Assembly: GCA_045863295.1 (NCBI GenBank)
Contig: BTWA01000007.1
Span: forward strand, 151,709 to 215,708
Direction: 5' to 3'
DNA length: 64,000 nucleotides
Origin: Candidatus Hydrogenedentota bacterium
Lineage (GTDB): Bacteria > Hydrogenedentota > Hydrogenedentia > Hydrogenedentales > SLHB01
Shown here: positions 52,045-62,144 of the stretch, piece after piece
Layout of the letters: each line of letters starts with the position of its first letter
Position numbering within the stretch: position 1 is the first letter of the stretch
Notes under the pieces: model-generated
What the model saw: only the letters and a program-made list of their open reading frames with translations
Database searches by the model: none
Told to the model about the DNA's origin: nothing
Made by a program: the position numbers and the translations under genes

Positions 52045-53529
52045 TCATTTGCCCTTTCGCTTGCTGAACATGAGCGCATCCAACCCGTAAAAAACGCCCC
52101 CAGAGTCGGGGTTCCGTCCGGTATTGTGTGCGGTCAGCGTATGCTTGCCTGCTGAAAGCTCCAACTGATTGAACACGACCTCGCGATTCGAAATCGCCTC
52201 TCCATATTGGTCGACCGGCTTGCCCACGGGTTTCCCGTCAATTTCATATTGAAAGACTCCGTAGTCATGAGAAAAAGTCACGGTTAATGACAAATCGTAA
52301 ACGCCGTCTTCCGCCACTGTGAATGTAACGTCCAACTGTTTGCCCGGCTCGGATGGCGTCCAGAACAATTGGGCGCCGCCGCTCCAACCACCGTCTTGTC
52401 GCTCCACCGCACCGGTATCCGCGCGTACTCCTTCGAGCAAGGACTCCGCTTCAACAACGTTTCGGGGATCGAACAAGAGCCGATCATATGCGGCAGGTAG
52501 GGGAGGGAAAGGGGTATGCGGTTCAATTTGATACCAATAGGCCACGGTTGCCACGTCATCCGGTCGCTCCCCGTATCCCGAGGTCATCGTGCCAGCATCG
52601 TCAAATACTGGACCCACATGTTCGATTTCCATTCGCAATGACTTCTCAAACGAAATGGGATCCATAATGTGCCACCGGTACACGGTGCCTCGATGTCCAA
52701 CGTCGTAGCCTTCCCAAAGTGGCGCGCCGTAGTAGGGTCCATCATGTTCGCGAAATCCCCACGCATCGCAGAAGTAGTCTTCCGTGCCTGTGCCGCGCAG
52801 GCTCGGTAGTTCTTCACCATCGATGTAAAAGAAATCATCGCCTTCGCCGAACCAGCTTGGCATGTTGTTGCGCACGCTCAGCACCGTACCCACGTAATGT
52901 CCTCGGCCCTTCACATCCGCGATAATTGTGCGCTGACCTGCCGTGGCGGGAAAGGCCTGCCGGTACGATGCATGGAAATATGCCGCATCCTCCGGAAGTT
53001 CAGGCAGTCTTCGCCAATCCACGTACCAGTAGCATGCATGTACCGGTTTGCTGCCTTCGTTCGAGACGGTAATGCGTGCTGATTTGCCAAACGGCATCGG
53101 CCAATAGCAATTGCGCGCGCGGCCCTCCGCCGTCACGCGCACCGGCAGTGATTCCACAGGCTTATCCAATCCATGGCCCATGGCAAAGAAGTCGCCGAGA
53201 GGCGCTTCCACGGAGGGGTGCACCTCGCCGTCCCAGTACATACGCAGCACAAGCAAACGTGAGTACCCTTTCTCTTCCGCATTGATTGTGTTCCATATAT
53301 GTGAAATGACACCCGGGCCTTCCAGTTCGGCGATGGTCAGTGTCTCACCGGGTGGAATAGGGTGCGCATCGCCGTTGCCGGCCTCCCAATTGGGGTCACT
53401 GGAAGACGATCGCATGGAGCGGCCCGGCTTAAGGTTGGAGAGATCGTCCAAGCCACCCACGAACTGAGCCCCGGAAGATACAGCGGAGACCAAGGTTACA
53501 ATGCTAAAGCAAAAACGGAAGGCGTGCAT
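52045..53529 (-). CDS. DUF2961 / GH172-family glycoside hydrolase with extra C-terminal beta-sandwich
   Basis: GPGVISHIW, PSVEAPLGDFF, NCYWPMPF, WFGEGD, GTGTEDYF, YRWH. Confidence 0.85.
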   Translation of the reverse strand: MHAFRFCFSIVTLVSAVSSGAQFVGGLDDLSNLKPGRSMRSSSSDPNWEAGNGDAHPIPPGETLTIAELEGPGVISHIWNTINAEEKGYSRLLVLRMYWDGEVHPSVEAPLGDFFAMGHGLDKPVESLPVRVTAEGRARNCYWPMPFGKSARITVSNEGSKPVHACYWYVDWRRLPELPEDAAYFHASYRQAFPATAGQRTIIADVKGRGHYVGTVLSVRNNMPSWFGEGDDFFYIDGEELPSLRGTGTEDYFCDAWGFREHDGPYYGAPLWEGYDVGHRGTVYRWHIMDPISFEKSLRMEIEHVGPVFDDAGTMTSGYGERPDDVATVAYWYQIEPHTPFPPLPAAYDRLLFDPRNVVEAESLLEGVRADTGAVERQDGGWSGGAQLFWTPSEPGKQLDVTFTVAEDGVYDLSLTVTFSHDYGVFQYEIDGKPVGKPVDQYGEAISNREVVFNQLELSAGKHTLTAHNTGRNPDSGGVFYGLDALMFSKRKGK

Positions 53530-53901
53530 GATCCAATCCCTCGTGATGTAAATCAGAGTTGCATGCGATCAGCATGGGACAAGCCTGTGCGACTGTCAAG
53601 TTGGTCCCGCGCCGAGATTAGTGGGGCGTGTCCGGTCGAGAAGCGCGTGGAATAGCTAGGCTACACCGCAGGAATTGCTGTTCAAGATGACGCACATTCA
53701 AATTGCCGCCCGCCTGCACTTGCGATTTTGGGCCATTTACTTGCGTCGTCGAAGTCCAGAATCGCGTCAGGCAAGATTTTTACCGGATGTGCATTTGGCG
53801 CAATGTCGATACGACAGCGCAACGGCATGTGGAACGGGCGGGCGGTCTTCTGCTACCATATGCCGCTTCCCAAATACTTCTGTTCTTAGGCGATTCCATG
53901 C

Positions 53902-53992
<91 letters not shown>

Positions 53993-54110
53993 CTCTCGAT
54001 ATACTCCCGCCTGGCTCGAGGGACCATATCCTTACCGAATCCTGTCCTCTTCAATCCATCCCGCCCCGAATCGATAGCCGTTTGTACATCCAGCCTGATG
54101 ACCAAAAGGA

Positions 54111-54260
54111 TTAAAGCGCGTACAAAAACGGCGCTACGATGGCATTCTGTCCAGCAAATACAATAAGCAGTCCCAGCAGTATGAGTGCGATGATGATGGG
54201 GGCAAGCCAGAACTTCTTGCGCACTTTCAGAAACACGATGATTTCGCGGACAGGTTCCAT
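54111..54260 (-). CDS. DUF5989 (SxtK-like) small membrane protein, 49 aa; absent from the ORF track
   Basis: MEPVREIIVFLKVRKKFWLAPIIIALILLGLLIVFAGQNAIVAPFLYAL; SD GAAGGA. Confidence 0.85.
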   Translation of the reverse strand: MEPVREIIVFLKVRKKFWLAPIIIALILLGLLIVFAGQNAIVAPFLYAL

Positions 54261-54364
54261 GGAGTCCTTCCCGAGTCCAATTATTTGAAAAGTATAGTAT
54301 TCGCAGCGGCGGGGATCAAAATACGAGTAAGGAACGCCGTTTGACCAAGGCGTCAGAAGCAGAT

Positions 54365-54778
54365 TCAGAATTGGTTTCTATAGGCGTCCCGTTCGTTGGG
54401 CTGGGCGTCAGGCTCTTCCCAGTAGGTTGGCGCGGCTCTGTCCCACGCGCGTTTTAGTGGGTCTCCCGAGATCATACGGTAAATAAGCGCTGTCGGCGTA
54501 ATCATGAGATAAAACGTGATGGAAAGGGTTACCCGGGTCATGACCCAATTTAACCCTTCGGCCAGCTTTAGCCAGGCCACAAACACGGGGCGAAGCAGGC
54601 CGGGCGCGACCGTACCGAGAACTGCAAGTGCCGCGGCAAGCCCGAGCAGGAGCCATGGCAGGTCGCCGCGCCACAGCCACCGGATTGCCCCGAGTGCGGC
54701 CAAAGCGCCACCCATGACCCAACCAAACTTGCGTTGTTCAGACCGCTTCGAGGTGATTTCTTGTATGGGCAAGTGCAT
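54365..54778 (-). CDS. SxtJ family membrane protein
   Basis: RKFG...W-KLAEGL-WV, ITP, DPL, YW...NQF. Confidence 0.85.
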   Translation of the reverse strand: MHLPIQEITSKRSEQRKFGWVMGGALAALGAIRWLWRGDLPWLLLGLAAALAVLGTVAPGLLRPVFVAWLKLAEGLNWVMTRVTLSITFYLMITPTALIYRMISGDPLKRAWDRAAPTYWEEPDAQPNERDAYRNQF

Positions 54779-54781
54779 GGT

Positions 54782-56593
54782 TCAGTCCAACTCGAACTCT
54801 TTTTGCCAATCCTTGTTCTCTTCCCACAACGGTTGTTGCCGCTTGTCCAGCAAGTAGGATCCAAGTACAAGGTAGTCCATGTGTGTACGCATAAAACAGG
54901 TGTAGGCTTCGCGCGGCGTACAGACAATCGGCTCACCGCGCACATTGAACGATGTATTGATAATTACGGGGCAGCCGGTGCGGGCCTCAAAGCGGCTGAT
55001 TAGCTCGTGATAGAGCGGATTGTCCTCGGCGTTCACCGTCTGAATGCGTGCTGAGTTGTCCACATGCGTAATCGCGGGCACTACGGATCGCGCCACTTTC
55101 CGCTTCTCAAAGCCCTGGCGTGCCATGTCCTCGGCCGTCAGCTCGATGCACTTGTCCTTGCGTACGTTTGCCACAATCAACATGTAAGGACTCTCGGAAC
55201 TAAGGTCAAAGTAATCACGGACTTTTTCCGAAAGCACCGAAGGCGCAAAGGGTCGGAATGATTCGCGAAACTTGATTTTCAGGTTCAGCGTCGCTTGCAT
55301 GTGCCGCGATCGGGCATCGCCCAGAATACTACGCGCCCCCAGCGCGCGCGGACCGAACTCCATGCGGCCTTGGAACCAGCCGACCACAAATTCATCCGCC
55401 AGCAAACCGGCGACGGTATCACACAACACTTCGCGAGAAAGACGTTCAAACGGCGCTTTCGTCTCAGTTAAAAATGACTCAATGGCCTCATCACTGAATG
55501 CCGGGCCAAGATAGGTGGCTTTTTGACGAGATCGTTCCGGAGTTCGCGAGTGACCGAGAATCTGGTGCCACGCAAACATGGCGCAACCCAGTGCATTGCC
55601 GGCATCACCCGCCGACGGCTGCACCCAGACCTCCTTGAACGGTCCTTCCCGGAGGAGACGTCCGTTTGCCACGCAATTGAGTGCCACGCCGCCCGCAAGG
55701 GCCAACCGATCGAGCCCAGTCTCTTTATATACCGTTTGTGCCATTTTCAAGATAACTTCTTCAGTTACTTCCTGGATAGAACGGGCCATATCCATTTCAC
55801 GCTTGGTCACTCGGGTTTCAGGTTCACGGCGGGGGCCGCCAAATAGAGCCGCGAACCGGTCATTGGTCATACGAAGACCGCCACAATAATCGAAATAGTC
55901 GAGATTGATGCGGTAAGATCCGTCGTCTTTGATGTCAATCAATTCTCTGCGAATCAAATCAACATACGTTGGATCGCCATACGGAGCCAAACCCATCAGC
56001 TTGTATTCGCCGCTGTTCACCTTGAATCCAGTGAAATAGGTGAAAGCCGAGTAGAGGAGCCCAATGGAGTGTGGAAAATTGATCTGCTTATGGATGCGAA
56101 TCTGATTTCCCCGGCCTTCTCCGTACGTCGTCGTTGCCCATTCGCCGACGCCATCAAGGGTTATGATGGCGGCTTCCTCGAACGGGCTGGGAAAAAAAGC
56201 AGCGGCGGCATGCGACTGATGGTGCGTTGTAAACAGCACCTCGCCTTTGTACCCGGTTTCGCGGCGGATGGTTCCGCGTGTAAACAGTTTTTCTTTCAGC
56301 CAGAACGGCATCTGATCGATGAATGAGCGAATGCCTTTGGGAGCAGTCCCTATGTAGGTCATCAGAAGGCGCTCAAACTTGACGAATGGTTTATCGTAGA
56401 AGACAACCAGATCCAAGCCGTCTATGTCGAGGTTGCCCTCTGTAAGGCAGTAGTCGATTGCATGCCGCGGAAATCGTGGATCATGCTTCACTCGCGAGAA
56501 ACGCTCTTCCTGCGCGGCGGCAACGATTTCACCGTCCTTCATCAAACAGGCGGCGCTGTCGTGGTAGAAGGCGGAAATGCCGAGTATGTTCAT
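54782..56593 (-). CDS. Carbamoyltransferase (NodU/CmcH family)
   Basis: ILGISAFYHDSAA, QEERFSR-KHD, HHQSHAA, GEYKLMGLAPYG, GPRALG-RSIL, FRESFRPFAP, NTSFN. Confidence 0.95.
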   Translation of the reverse strand: MNILGISAFYHDSAACLMKDGEIVAAAQEERFSRVKHDPRFPRHAIDYCLTEGNLDIDGLDLVVFYDKPFVKFERLLMTYIGTAPKGIRSFIDQMPFWLKEKLFTRGTIRRETGYKGEVLFTTHHQSHAAAAFFPSPFEEAAIITLDGVGEWATTTYGEGRGNQIRIHKQINFPHSIGLLYSAFTYFTGFKVNSGEYKLMGLAPYGDPTYVDLIRRELIDIKDDGSYRINLDYFDYCGGLRMTNDRFAALFGGPRREPETRVTKREMDMARSIQEVTEEVILKMAQTVYKETGLDRLALAGGVALNCVANGRLLREGPFKEVWVQPSAGDAGNALGCAMFAWHQILGHSRTPERSRQKATYLGPAFSDEAIESFLTETKAPFERLSREVLCDTVAGLLADEFVVGWFQGRMEFGPRALGARSILGDARSRHMQATLNLKIKFRESFRPFAPSVLSEKVRDYFDLSSESPYMLIVANVRKDKCIELTAEDMARQGFEKRKVARSVVPAITHVDNSARIQTVNAEDNPLYHELISRFEARTGCPVIINTSFNVRGEPIVCTPREAYTCFMRTHMDYLVLGSYLLDKRQQPLWEENKDWQKEFELD

Positions 56594-57003
56594 ATCATGC
56601 TTGCAACTGAGTTGAAAGTAGTATTGGGATACGGCTATAAGTATAGCATCCGGAAAATCGACGGTCGAGGATACGGTTTTCCCAAGTCTGCTCGGGAGTT
56701 TCAAGTCCAACGGCGACCGAGTTCAGCCCGGATACCGTATAAAGGCAAAGTCATCAAACAGACTTGCGGTCGATGCTCCCTTTGCATTGAGGTGCCCAGC
56801 ACAAGCCGGATGATATCAGCCTCACTGCATAGGTTCAATGTTGTCAGACGCGTTGTGGAGTTGGTCAGGGGACAAGGCAACACTCCGTCCAGGCTAATCG
56901 CCTGGAAGAACGCGGCGAATACCACATGGAAACGGTACACACCGGACATCAAGGGCGGGCAGTAACAAGACTAGAAATTTCTCGCCCTGGCGCGCGATTC
57001 CAG

Positions 57004-58680
57004 ATGACGCGCCTAATCGTCTTGACATGCGCACTTTGCTGGCCGCCGGTGACGTATTGGACTGCCACCGGCGAACCGGCGTACGCACTACTTTTTGTTC
57101 CGGTACTTCTCGTCATTTCATCGACCATATTGTTTGCGATCTTGTTGTTTTCTCTGCTGTTCACAATAGCAGTGGCCAGTTCCCCTTCTGTCTTCTGGGC
57201 CGACGGCTTCTTGGCCGTTGTTGCCATTTTGGTCGTTGTCCATGCAGTACGATGCGTATTCGGGAACGCTGGGACATCGTCATTGCCGTGGAATCGGTGG
57301 ACAACTACCCGTGGGCACAGTTTTCGCCTCTACTTCATTGCTGTAATTGGCGCACTGCTCTTCCTCATAATGTTTCGATCGTTTTCGATTCTCCGTCTTT
57401 CACTGTGGACTTTAGTACACGTCGCTTTGGCTGCGGCGTGCTCCATGGACAAGCGGAATCCTTCGCGAATGGGTGCGGCCACTTGGGCATTGACGGCCGC
57501 ATCCATTCTCATATCTTTGACCCTGTTAGAACTGGGTGCACGTCTATTCATTCCCGCGCCGGGCAAGCCGGCCCAGATCTATATGCCGCACGAGAAGTAT
57601 TTTCATACATTGCGCCCAGGGAGTCACGGGGCGATAGGCTATTACAAGGACTTTGGTGTGCTGCGATTTATGCCAGTAAGAGTAACCCGTCAGGGCATCG
57701 TGGACGACCGGATACACGGTCCCAAAATACCTGGAGAGTTTCGAATTGTCGTGCTGGGCGACTCCTATACAATGGGCCATGGCCTTCGGTTGGAGGAGAC
57801 ATACGGACGGGTACTGGAGCACGAGCTTAACGCGGCGGTGCTACCCAAACGGGTAACAGTCATCAACTGTGGCGTAGGTGGATATGCTCCCTGGCAGGAA
57901 CACGGTTTCATGGTCGAACGCGGCTTCGGGTTCGAACCTGATCTTGTCGTGTGGCAACTGTTCCCTCCAAATGACGTGCTGGGAACCTATTCGAAATTGA
58001 ATAAGCTGCTGCCCGTGTTTGATGCCGCCTGGGAACGAAAAGTGTTGCTCTTTCGAAAACAATCCGAGTTACCGGTTCGAATTGATCGCAAAGCCCAGGA
58101 GATATCTCATTTCTACGCGTCCGTTGCCGCCCTGAACAACAACGAAGGACCCCTCTTCTGTTGGATCAGTGATTGGCGCTTCGCCCCCGAATACGACTAC
58201 CCACGGCTGACCGCCAAGTATAACCGGCCGTGGCCGCGCGAGGTGTGTCTAGCGCATTGGTACCCGGAGTTGGAAGAGGCGTTTGAAATCATGTGCGGCG
58301 ATATCGCCTCTTTCCAAACCGAGTGCGATTCCCGCGGCGTTGACCTGATTGCGTTTTGCCACTCCGATCCCATTTCGCTTTTTCCCAAGGCATGGGACAA
58401 ACTAAATACCAATTACCCCGATACTAAGTACGAAATGAACAAGGATCTACGCGTGACGCAAGAATGTTTCGAGAAGCACGGTATCATGTATTTGGACGTA
58501 ACATCGCACCTGCTTAATTTGGATGAGCCTGATCGCGCCACCGTGTTCTATGCCGCCGATGGACATTTTGCACCAGCCGGAGCGCGGCGGGTTGGGGAAC
58601 TCCTCGCCACCACACTCCTCGACGAATACTTCCCAGCCAAGTTTGGGTTCAAGCACCCCAATGTAGTGAACTTGCACTGA
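57004..58680 (+). CDS. Membrane-anchored SGNH/GDSL hydrolase-like protein
   Basis: N-terminal TM helices; VLGDSYTMG, INCGVGGY, PND, DGH. Confidence 0.8.
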   Translation: MTRLIVLTCALCWPPVTYWTATGEPAYALLFVPVLLVISSTILFAILLFSLLFTIAVASSPSVFWADGFLAVVAILVVVHAVRCVFGNAGTSSLPWNRWTTTRGHSFRLYFIAVIGALLFLIMFRSFSILRLSLWTLVHVALAAACSMDKRNPSRMGAATWALTAASILISLTLLELGARLFIPAPGKPAQIYMPHEKYFHTLRPGSHGAIGYYKDFGVLRFMPVRVTRQGIVDDRIHGPKIPGEFRIVVLGDSYTMGHGLRLEETYGRVLEHELNAAVLPKRVTVINCGVGGYAPWQEHGFMVERGFGFEPDLVVWQLFPPNDVLGTYSKLNKLLPVFDAAWERKVLLFRKQSELPVRIDRKAQEISHFYASVAALNNNEGPLFCWISDWRFAPEYDYPRLTAKYNRPWPREVCLAHWYPELEEAFEIMCGDIASFQTECDSRGVDLIAFCHSDPISLFPKAWDKLNTNYPDTKYEMNKDLRVTQECFEKHGIMYLDVTSHLLNLDEPDRATVFYAADGHFAPAGARRVGELLATTLLDEYFPAKFGFKHPNVVNLH

Positions 58681-58686
58681 ATCAAA

Positions 58687-59172
58687 TCACAGGTCCATAT
58701 AGGGCATCGGTGGTTCTTTGCCGAGCAAACGCGTATACACGGACAACGCTCCCCGATGGTGCGCCGTATGCTCGACCATGGCACCGACTACCGCGGCCCT
58801 CGGCATGCCGCCCATGACCATGCCTTCAGGGAGAAAACTGCAGAGTGTTTCCTCACTCATGGCGCCAATTGCGGTAGTGACTTTCTCATGCGCACGGGTG
58901 TGCCATTCTCGCGCCTTGGCCAGCGACGTGTAGTTCTTGACTGCCGCCATGTGCGCGTCGAAATCCAGGTCGAATCCCTTTGGATTCGTCGCACCGTCCA
59001 AAAACCACTCCAAAGTCTGCGCCACATGAGCCACCTGCTGCGCCGCCGACATCATGCCTTCTTCCGGCGAGAACTCAGAATCCTCTTCGATAAGGGCGCG
59101 AGTCGCGCGATCAAAGAACTCCTTACTTGCTTTCAGTTCCTGCACGTAAACGTGGGCTGTATGCATGGGCAT
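58687..59172 (-). CDS. DinB family protein
   Basis: QVAHVA, EHTAHHRGALSVY-RLLG-EPP. Confidence 0.85.
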   Translation of the reverse strand: MPMHTAHVYVQELKASKEFFDRATRALIEEDSEFSPEEGMMSAAQQVAHVAQTLEWFLDGATNPKGFDLDFDAHMAAVKNYTSLAKAREWHTRAHEKVTTAIGAMSEETLCSFLPEGMVMGGMPRAAVVGAMVEHTAHHRGALSVYTRLLGKEPPMPYMDL

Positions 59173-59192
59173 GGCAAACTCCTCCGGGTTGG

Positions 59193-59990
59193 TTATTCAA
59201 AAAGCGTTTGGGGCGGTTGAGGCACAACGGGCGATATGCACTCAGGAAAGTCGTTCTGAGCAAAATTGACGTGATTCGCAATCGGGTGCCCTGTCATCGC
59301 GGTAGCAGGAGTGGTGACAAGGCAAGACAGTACATCGTTGAGTGCCGAGTCGGGATTCAACCACGTGGCTAATGCGTCAGGTGGAAGTATGGCCGGCATA
59401 CGATGATGCGGCAAGGCCGAGAGCAGTTCATTGGGCTCAACGGTGATGATGTTCGCGGAATAGAAATCGCCGCCTTCATCGTCCTTCGCGCGTTCCCACA
59501 GCCCCGCGAAAAAGTACATGCGATGATCGGTAAACCGGAAATAATTGGGGCGCTTCTCCGCTCCCTTAGGCAGGAGTTCTTCCGCAGGCCACTCCATAAA
59601 GCCGTCTGCGGGTATAATGCACCGCTTCGTTTTCAATAACTGGTGCCAATAGCGGCGCTTCGGGTCGGCGATAGTGTCCAGCCGGGAATTAAAGTGAGAT
59701 TTGCGAGGGCCTTTCCAGCGGAAAGTCTTGTGGCCGGTCGGTCCTCTTCGAAACTCGACGTCCTTCGTAGCGTACGGAGGTAGAATCCACCAATGCACGG
59801 TCCGCATATGAAGCGACCCGTCTTCAATATGTACGATAGAAATGGGATTGGTCGGCACTACATTGTATCGCGGCCCGGGCGGACCAGAATCATGCACCAT
59901 CAACGGCACGGGTTCCGCGTTTGCCAACGCCAAATCGATAAAGAATTTGAGCTGATCGGGTTTCACGGTTACGCTGAATCGCCCGCACAA
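59193..59990 (-). CDS. SOS response-associated peptidase (SRAP/YedK/HMCES), TTG start
   Basis: TTG start giving M-CGRF, with SD AAGGAG; PRYNV-PT, RCIIPADGF-EW, FAGLW, HHRMPAIL. Confidence 0.9.
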   Translation of the reverse strand: MCGRFSVTVKPDQLKFFIDLALANAEPVPLMVHDSGPPGPRYNVVPTNPISIVHIEDGSLHMRTVHWWILPPYATKDVEFRRGPTGHKTFRWKGPRKSHFNSRLDTIADPKRRYWHQLLKTKRCIIPADGFMEWPAEELLPKGAEKRPNYFRFTDHRMYFFAGLWERAKDDEGGDFYSANIITVEPNELLSALPHHRMPAILPPDALATWLNPDSALNDVLSCLVTTPATAMTGHPIANHVNFAQNDFPECISPVVPQPPQTLFE

Positions 59991-60044
59991 AGTTTTGGCT
60001 CCTTGCACCAGCCTTGAGCATACACGATTCCCCGCGAAAATTCT

Positions 60045-60866
60045 TTACTTGCGGTGAATTAACGATGCAACTACAGTTCCGAAATCCACCGGATCTGCGG
60101 AATCTACTACAGTCACGACAGCATCGACTTGCGCTATGGGGCCCGCCGCCTGCCGGCCCAACTCCGGTATTTCGATATGGATACGGTAATCGCCGGCAGG
60201 AACGTCCACTGCGTAGAATCGGCCGTCCTCGTCGATGTCAAGCACGTAGCTCGTATAGGCCCGTCGATATTGCCGCCCTTCGACGGTGTTAATCCATTCT
60301 TTGTACCAACCCGCGCGCTGCGCACGGTCCAAATCAGCGGGATAAGGTACCGGCGGAACTACTCGTCTCAACAAGCGCACGGTCGCCCCTTCATACGCAA
60401 GGCGGAGGTTTTCAGAAAGATTCGCCGAGATCGTACCGGTGACCCGATTACCCGTGCCCCCGATTTGTATCGTGTACGTTTCACCGGATTCGACCCGCGC
60501 TGCAACACGATGGCTTGGAGTTGCCCCCAGTTCGTGGAAGTCTCCATTGACCACATCAAACACGTGAAAATAACCCACGCGAATTTCCCCAGGAGGCACG
60601 TCCGAAAAAACAAACCGGCCGTCGTCATCAGTTACGGCGTAGCGAATGTCGGCTGCGGGCGATTCCGGATCACGCAGATCGTTTCTCTCCAACACGACAC
60701 GTTCACCCGCCGCCGAAGCGCCTCCAAGCATCAGCACGCCTTCGATGCGGCACGGTTTGACGTCCGCCGTCTCAGGTGGGGATTCCTCTTGGGCAAGGGC
60801 TGCGCTACCGGCGGTCAGCATTACGACGATGCATATGCGCCAGTGGAGTAGGGTCAATTTCATCAT
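60045..60866 (-). CDS. Secreted protein with carboxypeptidase regulatory-like domains
   Basis: Signal peptide; TDDDGRFVFSDVPPG and DEDGRFYAVDVPAGDY repeats. Confidence 0.7.
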   Translation of the reverse strand: MMKLTLLHWRICIVVMLTAGSAALAQEESPPETADVKPCRIEGVLMLGGASAAGERVVLERNDLRDPESPAADIRYAVTDDDGRFVFSDVPPGEIRVGYFHVFDVVNGDFHELGATPSHRVAARVESGETYTIQIGGTGNRVTGTISANLSENLRLAYEGATVRLLRRVVPPVPYPADLDRAQRAGWYKEWINTVEGRQYRRAYTSYVLDIDEDGRFYAVDVPAGDYRIHIEIPELGRQAAGPIAQVDAVVTVVDSADPVDFGTVVASLIHRK

Positions 60867-60887
60867 CGATGTCCTTCCAAGAGAGAG

Positions 60888-62144
60888 TTATCGAGCAAGC
60901 AACATGCCCACTGAGTTGGCCTGCCATAGGGCCACTCCAATATCCAATTTGCCGTCCTGATTGAAATCCGCCGTGCAGATGGCGCGGGGCCGGGCATCTT
61001 TGTACGAATAGTTCTCGCGAGCATATTCAATTGGCATGCTGCGGGACGGAGTGACGTTCAGCATGACGGAAACTCGGCTGCTGGCGAAACACGCGAGGAC
61101 AATGTCCTGCCGACCATCATTGTTCAAATCCGACACAATCAAATCGCGTACTTCCTCTTCGACAACCCGGCGGTCGGCTCCCAACAAGATTTCCTGCGAA
61201 ACTGCGAACCGAAATGAACCATCTCCGTAGCCGATATGAACTGAATCAGACGCATGGCAGTGCGACACAACCACATCCTTGGTGCCATCGCCATCCATAT
61301 CGGCTATCCGCACCTTATGCGGCAACTCACCACGGCTGCGAAAGCGCTCCACTTCGGAAAGGCCTCCGTTGCCGTCACCCTTCCAGACCGCAATCTCGTT
61401 ATTGCTGTATTGGGTTGTAACGGCATCCAATTTGCCATCATCGTTCAAATCCGCCAGCTGAATGTCGCGTGGCCCGCCTTGGGCCGGTATTGTGGCAATA
61501 GACTCAAAATACTTCTCCGGATGACCCATAAACACGATAAGGACATCCGCACTCCAGCCCGTGGCAACCGCATCGCGGTATCCATCCCCATTCAAATCTC
61601 CCACGGCAACGGCGGTAATGCCCGGTACCGTGAATATTGGTTTGCCGTCACCATCGAGACCGCGCTTGTATGTGAGTGAGTCCATGGGAACTGTAAAGGA
61701 TAGCTCCTCAAACTGATTATTGCGAAGGTTTCGAAACATCACAAGGTGTCGGGCAGGCGCTGCCACCGCGGAAACCGCGTGAAAGTTGCCTACCAGCAAG
61801 TCAAGCGCTGGGATCGCGTCAATATTGGCCGCCGCAATGCAGTAGGGTCCGAAGCCGCTGCGTAGCGGTGGGTGCGAGGTGTACGACAGGGACTCGCTCG
61901 CCACCAACAGCGAAAGCTCGTCGTTCGCCGGCTTCTCTTCGTGCGGCGGTCTCAATTGACCGCGATCGGCTGTTACAATTTCGGGAAGAGTGTCGCCGTT
62001 CAAGTCGACTGCGACTATGGCACAGGGATTCGGCCCCACGGGATAAGTCTTGGAATGCTTGACAAACATCTGACCAAGAGATTGTGGAATCAATGCCAAT
62101 GCCAAGAACAGGCAGAAACAAGAGTTGAATCGATGCCGTATCAT
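60888..62144 (-). CDS. FG-GAP/VCBS repeat protein
   Basis: Repeated DLNGDG/DLNDDG/DMDGDG/DFNQDG motifs; start overlaps the pdxA stop (ATGA). Confidence 0.85.
   Translation of the reverse strand: MIRHRFNSCFCLFLALALIPQSLGQMFVKHSKTYPVGPNPCAIVAVDLNGDTLPEIVTADRGQLRPPHEEKPANDELSLLVASESLSYTSHPPLRSGFGPYCIAAANIDAIPALDLLVGNFHAVSAVAAPARHLVMFRNLRNNQFEELSFTVPMDSLTYKRGLDGDGKPIFTVPGITAVAVGDLNGDGYRDAVATGWSADVLIVFMGHPEKYFESIATIPAQGGPRDIQLADLNDDGKLDAVTTQYSNNEIAVWKGDGNGGLSEVERFRSRGELPHKVRIADMDGDGTKDVVVSHCHASDSVHIGYGDGSFRFAVSQEILLGADRRVVEEEVRDLIVSDLNNDGRQDIVLACFASSRVSVMLNVTPSRSMPIEYARENYSYKDARPRAICTADFNQDGKLDIGVALWQANSVGMLLAR

Noticed and set aside
54111..56593. Saxitoxin biosynthesis cluster
   Set aside because: Only the widespread sxtI/J/K-like triad is present; no sxtA, sxtG or other core genes.
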